A stretch of DNA of 64,000 nucleotides from the NCBI RefSeq assembly GCF_036588685.1, contig NC_086375.1, positions 79,360,001 to 79,424,000 of the forward strand, given 5' to 3'. The position numbers were made by a program, and so were the translations under genes. Below are positions 51,475-62,016 of the stretch, one piece after another. This stretch comes from Mytilus trossulus. Lineage: Eukaryota. How positions within the stretch are numbered: the first letter of the stretch is position 1; the number at the start of each line of letters is the position of its first letter. The notes below the pieces were generated by a model. That model searched no databases. It was not told the origin of the DNA and saw only the letters and a list, made by a program, of their open reading frames with translations.

Positions 51475-54051
51475 CTGAAAAAAAGTATGGAATAGTTAAT
51501 AGAGTACTAATGTAAAGTTACTGTGATATTAAATAAATGTGCATTGTTTTAATACAAATGTATTCCTGAAAACGGTTTAATCTTGATTACTCAATATACA
51601 TGTACAAGGGTTATATCATTTGTACGATGTTTTGAAGAAAGATCCTTGAAACATGCGGATTTCATGTTTGTTTCTAAATATTTTAGTACTTATCCCTTTT
51701 CTATTTTTTAACGAGGCTTGTATCACAATCGTATTGTTTTATGTAATAATAATAGAACATATTTTTCTAGTTTTATTTGAATTCCTATAAAATGTTCAAA
51801 TATATGGTATACAGTAAGTCATCTTTTTTACCTATATAAAACTTTTTTTTTGGGGGGGGGGGGGGGGGGTAAGACCAGTCAGTTATATGGTTCTCCCTTG
51901 TTTCACTTTCAATGTAGACATTTTCATTCTTTTAATAGCTGAACACGTCTAGATTATGCGTTACTCATCTATAGCTAAATGGTCAGTAAAATTTAGGTCA
52001 CATGAGGACCGATTCGTTTGATTGAAAGTTTTTGGCTTGCAAGTCAATTATACATCAGCGATATTGTTTAGCTTACTTTGACAAATTTGACCAAATCCCC
52101 GCTTATATTTAATACAACAAACAAAAAACTAGATATATCTGAAAACGCTTAGTGCTAAAATACACAAAAGAACCTTATTTGATATATAATGAACCTTTAA
52201 AAAATTATGCTCAGTGCGAAAAAACACAAACAAACCTAAATATATACCTTCATCAGAAATATTGTTTTTATCATGAAATTTACACCCATCACCTGAAACC
52301 TTAGTTGTTAAAATCTAAATTATTGTCTTTTATTTTTCAAAGAAATCGACATAGTTTAATAAAGGCCATTGTAGGTCACTGTAGTATACCGCTGTTAGAA
52401 ATTCATAAAACGATTGAAATAAAATAAATCCGGGACAGTTTTTTCAGCGTATTGTAGACAATAGATACATTCACATTGACAACTTCTTTGTGTGTACAGC
52501 ACAGCAACATTTTTACAGTGTAAAATAACTTTTCGTCATCAATAAGAGAAAAAAATAAATGAAAACTGGTATCACTCTGCTTATATGTTCTCATGTTGTA
52601 CTGACAGTCTTAATTATTAAGAAATGTTCTTATCACTAAGCATCTGAATCAAAAGAGAGTACTTTATGTTTGTAGCTTAGTAATATCCATTAAAAGATAT
52701 GTGTTTCAAAATTTTCTATGGAGTAGTTTTATATTAAAAGTAAACCACAAGAAATTGAATAACATAAAAACAGAAGCTATTGAAATAACGTACCATGGAC
52801 ACAGTTGAGTAACATCATATGCACTATAAAGAATGAATGTTGTAGCGATTTAAACTTAAATGCTCGCTTAAATGGGCTGTAAAATAAATATTTAATGCAT
52901 TGAATTAAAGTCACTGTTGTATCCAAGTATGTTAAACTTATGTAGGTGTGTAGGAATGAAGGTTATTACTAAATTGTTTCGATGAATGTTTGTAGGTAAA
53001 AATGTAAAATCATTTATTCCGCAGTTGTGTAAGTCAATATTATAAATAGATTTTTGTATTTAAGAAAAAAGCAATAAATAACTTTAACATGAAAACGGGT
53101 GTTTTTATTAAAGGTATATGCATGATCTGCATTAACAAAATCTTGGTAAGGAAGCAGTCAGTAGATACTAGAAAACAAAATAAAAAAAACCTGGTAAATT
53201 AAATTAAATTTGTTCAATTGAGAGCATACTTAAACTAAGAAAAATGCTAATATATGTGTTCAACTAATATATTGTTGATTAGGAGTAAAAGATGATGTGG
53301 AATAATGCAAAACGATCGAAACGCAACAGTATTTGTATATATATATATTGAATTACTTAGTTATTGTCTTTATTTGTTTTTGTTGTTGTTATATGTCACA
53401 AACTGTAAAGTTTATATGGCAATAAAACTTTGAATTTGAATTTGAATTTGAATTTGAGTATTCGACATATATAGCAGCTAATAATTCAATCGGAGTCAAG
53501 CTTCAAATCTACCAAAGTTAGAATAGACTGCGAACAAATATATAACTTGTAATCTTTAATTCTTTAGAAAGTCAATCTTGGTTAAATTACATTCCAAGTA
53601 CATATAAAAAAAGAAGATGTGGTATGATTGCCAATGAGACAACTCAAGAGACCAAAATGACACATAAATTAAAAGCTATAGGTCAACGTACGGCCTTCAA
53701 CAATGCACATACCGCATAGTCAGCTATAAAAGGCCACGATATGACTGTAAAACAATTCAAACGAGAAAACTAATGACCTTATTTATGTAAACAAAATAAA
53801 GAAAAAAAATATGTAACACATGGCACTGTTAAGACTAGTGCCAGTTTTGTTTCCGCTTTTGCTGGCATGTCACCATATCTGTCTATTCATGTTTTGTTTT
53901 AATATATTTCATATAGAGTTGCTTTGGGTTTTTTTTGTTTTTTTAATTTTGTGCCTTTAGTGCGTTAGTCACTGTAGCCAAAGGTTGTAAGAGGGGGGAA
54001 TGATTGTTAATGAGACAGTAATTTAGCAACAGCAAAGTATTTCACATACTA

Positions 54052-54390
54052 ATAGTTATCAATGGTACCAGGATTATAATTTAGTACGCCAGATGCGTGT
54101 TTCGTCTACATAAGACTCATCAGTGATGCTCAGATCAAAATAGTTATAAAGCCAAACAAGTACAATGTTGAAGAGCATTGAGTACCCAAAATTCCAAAAA
54201 GATGGGTCAAATACGGCTGAGGTCATCTATTCGTGGGATAAGAAAATCCTTAGTTTTTCCAAAAATTCAAAGTTTTGTAACAGGAAATTAAAAAAAACCA
54301 ACCATATAATTGATATTCATGTCAAAACCGAAGGTCTTGACTTCTTGTCTGGTGATACCCTCGAGGACGATACGTCCAGCATCTACACCA
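54052..54390 (-). mobile_element. Near full-length retrozyme-like family A element
   Basis: Reverse complement of family A. The hammerhead at 54129-54086 keeps CTGATGA/GAAA but has a mismatched stem III. Confidence 0.78.
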
Positions 54391-56365
54391 ATTTTTAAAG
54401 GAGAAAACTTGAAGATATACCCTAACAAAATCCTTATCAAGATCCTGATTTGATACAGGCCCTATATCGTTCAACAAGAAGTCAGAACTTGCACCTTTTT
54501 TTTTTATATTAGTTAGAGGAAGAGCAAAAGGAATACAGTGGAACCTACAAAACGCTAATTAAGAACTTTATTATTGACACGGAAGACGACAAAAATAAGT
54601 ACGTGCAATACAATTAAAAAAATTCTGAAAGAACAAGTTCCTATATCAACAGATTACATGAAGTCTAGTGGTGTGCATTTATAATAGATACAATAATTAT
54701 AATAGGGTCCAACAAAGTTTTCGCAAGGTTGATCTCGAGTAAAGTGTAATTTGTCACTTCTTATTTTATATCTTTGGAGTAAATGTCCTCAATTGGGCGT
54801 GGTTGTTTTCAAACGGATTTGTTCGTGTATGCCTTCTACATGTACAACAAAACAAATGTCCCGAGTAATGGGACATGTAATGACTTGTGTTAAGGAAGTA
54901 TAACTTACTCACACCTTTATTCTTATTAAGTTCGAAAAAACTCTGATTCTCATCACAACGTCTCTTTTTTCACGATGAGGTCCTCAGACGGTGGCCATGT
55001 GTTCTAAGAAGTCAAACAACTGTATCACTAGTTTACAACAATGGGGTTAAGAGTTCCTATCCCGCTCGTGGCAGGTACTTTCGACTCCAATCTAAATTAA
55101 CTAGGATTGTCACTTTGCCTGTCGAATAATCGGTGGTTTTCACCTGTCTTTTCACTTTCCTTTCTTCTGAAAGCTGTCCGCCACAAAATAACCAACAATG
55201 CTGAGCTACGTTAACCGTACTTTGACCAAACATGGTTTACTTTTATAAATTGTGACTTGAACGGAGAGTTGTCTCATTGGCACTCATACCACATCTCCTT
55301 ATATCTATTAAACACCAACCGATCAAATTTTCATACTGCTTGGTTTGGGGTGCATAGATGCTGCATACATATCTCAACTTTGTGACATCAATAGTATCTA
55401 TTTGATCTATCGTACTGGTATTTTACATTCACTCTGATTTTAAAAACGTCATTCTTTTAAAAACTGATAGTTGTGTTGTCCTCACTTACTATTTATTTAT
55501 TATTTTGATGAGTGTTGATGCAAATTAGTTTTTATTTACCATTTCAATCATTTGATGTGCTTTGAAGATTCCATGGGTGTCTTTTTCATATCAATAACTT
55601 GATTTCGAGCAGTTTTTCTTATTTTGCTCATCATTTTCCAAACAATCTATGCCTCTAAAATTCGTAACAAATATTTTTCGAAAAACTTCAAATAATATGT
55701 AGCTTCAGCTCCTTGCTTAGTCATGTTATATTTGTCTGGCTGTTCTTTTCTTACCTTGGATTTTGCTTTCTTCCAGAACTTGGATTCATCCATGGAAACA
55801 TATTCGAAAATCTTGGTCTTCCTTAGATTGTATCTACCGAATTCAGTCTACGAGTAAGAAGTTGACAAGAGCTTCACAAAGCTGCACCTATTTAGGATGA
55901 CGAGTGTAACTAGGAGGCAGATCGTTAACATTTGAAATATGCATAAATAATTTTGCTGATCTGTATTCGTTTATTTATGTCCTTAAATACAGAGGACTTA
56001 GTATATAAAATACTTGTGAATGTTCCAGGAGCCAACTATTCGGTTATTCACCTTTTGTGTAATTAAATTTGCACTCTCTGTCTTCCCAAAAGACCATGCA
56101 TGGACACTAGATACTTTTCGATTGAAATAAAGAGGTTTAGTTAAGTTATTATAATCTTTTTGTTAATAGAAGAAAAATTCAAGTACTTTTGGTTTTCAAT
56201 TGTGTACTATGTGAAGTAGATCTACTATATAAAAAAACTGGGATATTTTTATTTCTATTTCTTTATTTTTAACAAAATATAGGAAACAATAACAAACTCT
56301 GAGTTTTCTTTAGAAAAAAAAGGTTTATTTCTTATGATGCGTATGTTTTTGATTTTTAGCTTTCG

Positions 56366-56740
56366 AGGTAAAATGGTACTACATGGATTTCAACGATAAT
56401 CTCCATTGGACATATGAACATCATCTTTTTCTTTGCAAAGAAGGTGTTATATTTTTCGTCATGCTAATCTTTAACTGAAAAACTGAAAAATATAAGTCTT
56501 GGAAAGACAAAATCTCTACGAATGAACTTCGGCTCGACTGTTCTTCTTTGCGCAGTTATTCTGAAGTGATTATTACACAATCGATCAATCTTAATAAAGT
56601 CCTATATGCATTGTGTTATACCGTGGTCTTATTTTGATTACTATATGCCAATGGTAAAGGTTTTGATCATAGTTGAAGGCAGTCTGTGACTTATGTTCAA
56701 TGGAGATTATCGTTGAAATCCATGTAGTACCATTTTACCT
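56366..56740. repeat. 49-bp inverted repeat pair (MITE-like) just 3' of the FAHD1-like gene
   Basis: 56366-56414 AGGTAAAATGGTACTACATGGATTTCAACGATAATCTCCATTGGACATA is the reverse complement of 56692-56740 with one mismatch. Confidence 0.8.
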
Positions 56741-56961
56741 AGCACAAGTGTAGTTAGTGACGATGAACCAGAGCCAAATATAGAGGAGCAAACTGATCTC
56801 CTGCGTTTGGAAACACTTAGGTAGACTTAGGTAGGTAGTATGTCTCAGTCCTTTCGGTCTATGGATGTTAGTTTCAAATCATGCAACATGTAATTATTTT
56901 GATATTTAACATTTTTTTTGCAAGTATACATAGATTATAAATGTCTGAAATAAATACATAC

Positions 56962-59228
56962 TCATTTTGCAACAGAAAACTTCATTGACACTATATCTGC
57001 GAGTCCTGCTTCCACGATTTGTCCGTCTGTCACTGGTCCTTGACCATCAGGTGTTCCTGTCAAAACAACATCTCCTTCCTCTAAAGTTATATATTTACTG
57101 ATGTAAGAAATGACTTCTGGGACAGAGAATATCATGTCAGAGGTACTATCGTCCTGTTTTATAACACCATCTACTTTTAACCATAATCTTACATCTTGAT
57201 AATTTGGAACTTTTTCTTTTTCAATAAAGTCGCTAACTGGGCAGGAAGTGTCAAAACCTTTGCTAAGAAACCATGGTCGAGAATTAGCTTTGGCCTCGTT
57301 GTGGAAGTCTTTAGCGGTCATATCTAGAGCCAGAACAAATCCACCAATGTAAGCATCGACATCTGAGACAGCGATGTTGGAACATTTCTGCTTTATGACA
57401 ACTCCTAGTTCAACTTCATGGTACAATAAATTACATCCTTCAGGAATCTGTAGAAAAAGAGAATATTAGTTTACAGCCAAGTGCATATTATGTTGATAAT
57501 ATAAACATTGCAGAAGGTCGTGTTTTTCTCCGACTGTTTATGACGTCTTTACACTTAATCCATTGGATGTTGGATGTGTGCGGATTAATAATTTAGATTT
57601 AGATGCATGATTTGTTTTATTAGTTGTTAGCGGCTTTGAACTAGCTGTCAGATAACTCTCAGGTCTGTTTCCCAGTGTCTTTTTTGTTGTCAGGATGTAC
57701 AAATACCTGGCCACGTCCACTTGTATTTTTGTCCATCTGATGAGTTAAGCCTTTTTCAACAGATTTATATAGTTCGTTCTTATGTTGTACTGTTGTAAGG
57801 GAGGTTGGGATCCCGCTAACATGTTTAACCCCGCCACATTATTTATGTATGTGTCTGTCCCAAGTCAGGAGCCTGAAATTTAGTGGTTGTCGTTTGTTTA
57901 TGTGTTACATATTTGTTTTTCGCTCATTTTTTTTATATATAAACATGGCCGTTAGTGTTCTCGTTTGAATTGTTTTACATTGTCATATCGGGGCCTTTTA
58001 TAGCTATGCGGTATGGACTTTGTTCATTGTCTCATTGGCAATCATACCACATCTTTTTATATATATATATATATATATATATACAGAGTTCCATCTGACC
58101 AGCATGTCACTTCCACTCGCACCTAAAAAGCCCAAAATATACTGTTCCGAAGTAGTGTCCCCTGCACCACATTGATAATATATAACAAATTAAGTCTTCA
58201 CTAAATATAAAAATTTTAAATTAATTAATAAGTTCACGAAAATTTAAATTTTCCGCTTTTTTTCTACCCAACCATTTAACGTATGATGATTAAAAACCAT
58301 CGTTGGCGCTATTAATGAAAGAGTTGTTGTGGTTATTGTAGTTTAAAAAAAATTACATACACGAATTGATTGTCCTTCTGTGATGTATGCAGTTGTTGGC
58401 TTTGCAAACAAGCTTGGAGTCTTCGGATTGGGTATCCCTTGGGCAGCAGTAAGACCTCTGTAAAATCAAACTTAATACTAGTATACAAGATAAGTCTAAA
58501 AAAAAGTGTATGCATTTTATTTACCTTTCAAATATTCTCACAGATTTAGTCCAATAAATCGTTTACTGTTACTTGGTTACTTGTTGGTTCTGATAATCTT
58601 AATATGGACATCAATTTCTTAAATATATTATGTGTAAGTTTGGTTTCAAAGCTATATTTCCCATTTTTTTTTCGCTTCAAACACCTTCAAACAGGTACGT
58701 TAAGTTCTGCTTTCTGCAGGTGATTTTTTCTTTTATCACTCCCTCAAGTGATCTCTGGTGTGGTCTAAAAATGTTATCTTCTAGATATTCGTTCATCCGA
58801 TTCTGTTCATTTGAAATTTATAAAACATATGAAAAAATATTTTTTGCATCAGAATAAAGTGGACCAAATATGAGAAATTTAATAGCAACTACATGTAACT
58901 GTATGGTTATTCATGGTCCTTTGTCTCACCTGTGGAGTGGGATCAAATAACTGACAGACCACAGGCACTTGTCTCAGAAAACAAATTCCTATATACGTAT
59001 ATAGGAATTGCTTTCTATTATAATAAGGTATATAGGGGGGAGGGGGGAATCTGTTATAATAAGGTATATAGGACATTTTTTTCTGAGACAAGTGCCTGTG
59101 TGACAGACGTATACTAATGATTTTATAGAAGGTAACACTAACTTGTAGTTTCGGCAGACTGCGACTATTTTCTTCCCAATTTCTCTAAATTGTTTCAATC
59201 TTTCAGCCATTGCGATGGCCTCTAACAT
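56962..59228 (-). CDS. FAHD1: Fumarylacetoacetate hydrolase domain-containing protein 1-like (acylpyruvase/oxaloacetate decarboxylase family), 3 exons, 216-222 aa
   Basis: Exons 59228 (or 59210)-59143, 58457-58361 (97), 57447-56962 (486); GT-AG and in phase. ..FREIGKKIVAVCRNYK|GLTAAQGIPNPKTPSLFAKPTTAYITEGQSIR|IPEGCNLLYHEVELGVVI..LDMTAKD..PWFLSKGFDTSCPVS..TLEEGDVVLTGTPDG. May be a divergent paralog rather than the true ortholog. Confidence 0.9.
58960..59100. mobile_element. 141-bp MITE with 8-bp TSD (hAT/P-like) in FAHD1 intron 1
   Basis: TGACAGAC|CACAGGCACTTGTCTCAGAAAA ... TTTTCTGAGACAAGTGCCTGTG|TGACAGAC, with an internal direct repeat TTATAATAAGGTATATAGG x2. Confidence 0.85.
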
Positions 59229-59499
59229 ACATATATGATCTCGTAAATTTGTGCTCTACACCTTTCTAAAATTTACTATATATTATACATATTATCAATG
59301 TAAACTTTGATTCTGTTATCTCATCTTAAATACTTTTGTTTGCTTAAAAGTATCGTATGTCGGTTGATATCTTCAATCACAATTGTATAAGTGGTTATAG
59401 AAAAAAAAATGCTCTGATTTGTCTGGAGTTACCGTCGAAGTCTTTATTATCAGCTAGGATCAAAAGTAGACCTTAAAATAGAGCTGTTAAATTTGAATT

Positions 59500-60146
59500 A
59501 GTGTTTCTCCACGTCTCTTTTTTTAGCTAATGAAGAGTGCTATATAAGTATACTCCACAACTAGATAAATGTCTTATTTTCTGTATATCCCACCACTATA
59601 GATACATGTCTCATTAGCTAATGTGGAGTGTGACCTGTATATTCCATCAACTAGATAAAAAATTTAAAAGCTTTTATGTGATGCTAGGTGTATATTCCAC
59701 CACTTCATTAATGGGTGTCTTTTTTTGATAATGTGGAGTGTAAGCTATATATTCCATCACTAGATAAATGTCTCTTTCAAGCTAACTTGATGTGGAGTGC
59801 GAGCAGTGTATATTCCACCACTTGGTAAATGTCTCTTTCAAGCAAACAAGTATCGGTATAAAGTGTAAGCTGGTAGTATATTCCATCACAAGATAAATGT
59901 CTCTTTCAAGCTTATGTGGAGTGCGAGTGTATATTCCACCACTATAAATAAATGTCTCTGTTTAGCAATGTTGAGTGTGAGCTGTATATTCCAACACTTT
60001 AAAATTGCCTCTTTTAGCTGATGTTGGGTCTAGCTGTATATTCCAAAACTAGATGAATGTCTCGTTTTTGCTAGCGTGAACTATGAACTGTATATGCCAA
60101 AAGTGACTAGGCAAATGTATCTTTTAACTAATGTGGAGTGTGAACT
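59500..60146. repeat. Degenerate ~55-bp tandem repeat, about 11 units
   Basis: Consensus approximately TATATTCCACCACTAGATAAATGTCTCTTTCAAGCTAATGTGGAGTGTGAGCTG, with anchors near 59549, 59584, 59638, 59691, 59748, 59809, 59877, 59930, 59985, 60037 and 60091. Confidence 0.85.
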
Positions 60147-60912
60147 TGATGAATAATCGTCTGTGTGAGATATTCTGGATAATCATTTAATTGACAACAA
60201 TACAATTTATGCCGAAAGTTTTACTGAATGAGTTTTGTATTAGTAGTTTATTTGTCATTTTCTCATACCCCCCCCCCCCCTTTCCCCAAAGCGTGCTCAA
60301 AAGACTTTGTTATCCAAATTTATTAAAAGCGACCACAGATCAGGCAAAGAACACTTGATTCAAACAGCCTCTCCTATTTAAATGATTTTGTAAATTATTC
60401 ATTCCAAATGATCAGCTGATGGCCTTCAGACATCCGTTGTATAAAGATAATTCTAACATGAGGTCCTTCAAACGCTTTGAGTACACACCCGTGGTAAAAT
60501 ATGAATATATTGCATTGGCTGTTCCGATCGTACTCCCACTTCATATTTATTTTTATGAATGAAGTACCCGACGTCATAGAATGATGACGTTATAATTAAA
60601 GTATTTTACGGGAAAATACACGCTTTTGATACCGAAAATCATCACAACAAGGAAACGTATATAAACGATGCTAAAATGTGGTATAAGCCCATTTTTTTTT
60701 ATACATAGAAGACATATAAGTAAATTATCATTTAAATTCATCCAAATCTATCTGAATAAGTTTTGTGAATAGTTTGAGCATGTCACTTATTCTGTTTGCT
60801 CTGTTCTTTTACGCCAATCTAAAAGTGCGTAAAATTATGGGAACAGCAAATAATGGCCTCCACCTAGAGCGCTTCGATCCAAAAAAAATGCCGTATTTGT
60901 CCTATTAGAAAC

Positions 60913-61071
60913 GAAATAATTCACGGGGGCTTGAATATATCTAGATTTTACCACGGGTTGTCCCTTTATGCCGATATTTTACACCTCGCTATCGCTCAGG
61001 GTAAAATATTTGTCATAAAGGGCCCACCCGTGGTAAAATAACGATATATTCAAGCCCCCATGAATTATTTC
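60913..61071. repeat. ~160-bp imperfect palindrome (foldback)
   Basis: GAAATAATTCACGGGGGCTTGAATATATC..TTTTACCACGGG..CCCTTTATG / CATAAAGGG..CCCGTGGTAAAA..GATATATTCAAGCCCCCATGAATTATTTC. Confidence 0.85.
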
Positions 61072-62016
61072 TTTAATAGACTACTAGTATCAGAATATTT
61101 GTAAAATATGGGTCCGGCGGCTCTATATGAGAAAGTCGGAATATGAATCCCTTTACCAAACTGGTTAAATCATATTTCAAACTTTGCAAAGCATTCGATA
61201 ATTAAAAACCTATGATAATTACATGTTTTCAAGTATTCAAAGAAAAAAAGTGACTATACAAATCCTTGCTTAAACATTATCAAAATTAAATATAAATCTA
61301 AAAACTTTTTATATTTCAAATTGAATGTAACAAAATTTGGAAAAACGAGAAGTTTCTGATATGTTAGAATATCAAAAAATATTAATTTGTGTACTGTATA
61401 TAGTTGTTTTGTTTGTTGAATCTCACTATAAATTTGAACCATATTTAGATTTACATAATGATTTTTTTAAACTTTCAACTAAATGCACAAAAATAAGAAT
61501 AAATAAACAAACTTTATAGATTTAGATGATGAAACCAAAAATACGAAGGCTTCATCATTTTATACCATAAACATGTAAAATATGTCTCTGTTTATACCGA
61601 GTAAGTGTTTGTTTGATCATAGATGGGTATTACATCTATGGTTTGATGATGAGACGAAGTTGGGGCGACTGTTTTTTTGGGCCAAATTTACACGATAGTT
61701 TTAAATCTGAGGGCCAAATACATTTTTTTCACTATACATCTTTCTGGAATTAAAAAAAACTGTCGAAAAATGTACAACAAATGTGAAAACCAGGAAAAAA
61801 CTGTCGTTTATAAAGGTTGAGTATGAGTTAGGTGACATGACGGAGTATTGTGGCGAATGTCTTTTGGGACGAAAATGACTGCTGGACTCTTCTTTAAGAA
61901 GGGCTGAAAACGGTAAAGAAAGCAAAAATAATTTCTGTGGTTTCGTTGTCGTTCGCTGTTTGAGCAAGTTTTAGCAACTCTATGTAAAAGAAATATTGAT
62001 TAGCTTGCAATTGGAA

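Noticed and set aside
52248-52292. 45-nt AG/GT-bounded candidate upstream exon for IF paralog 2
   Set aside because: It has stop codons in the phase needed to join 51474, so it could only be non-coding.
55645-55793. Short minus-strand ORF MDESKFWKKAKSKVRKEQPDKY...
   Set aside because: No recognisable family, and its donor is phase 0, incompatible with the IF exon. Possibly a decayed element.
57735-57765. CTGATGAG in family B as a possible hammerhead
   Set aside because: No GAAA box or stem III follows.
59500-60146. CRISPR-like repeat-spacer appearance
   Set aside because: Eukaryotic context, no cas genes, and the spacers are homologous to each other, so it is a degenerate tandem repeat.
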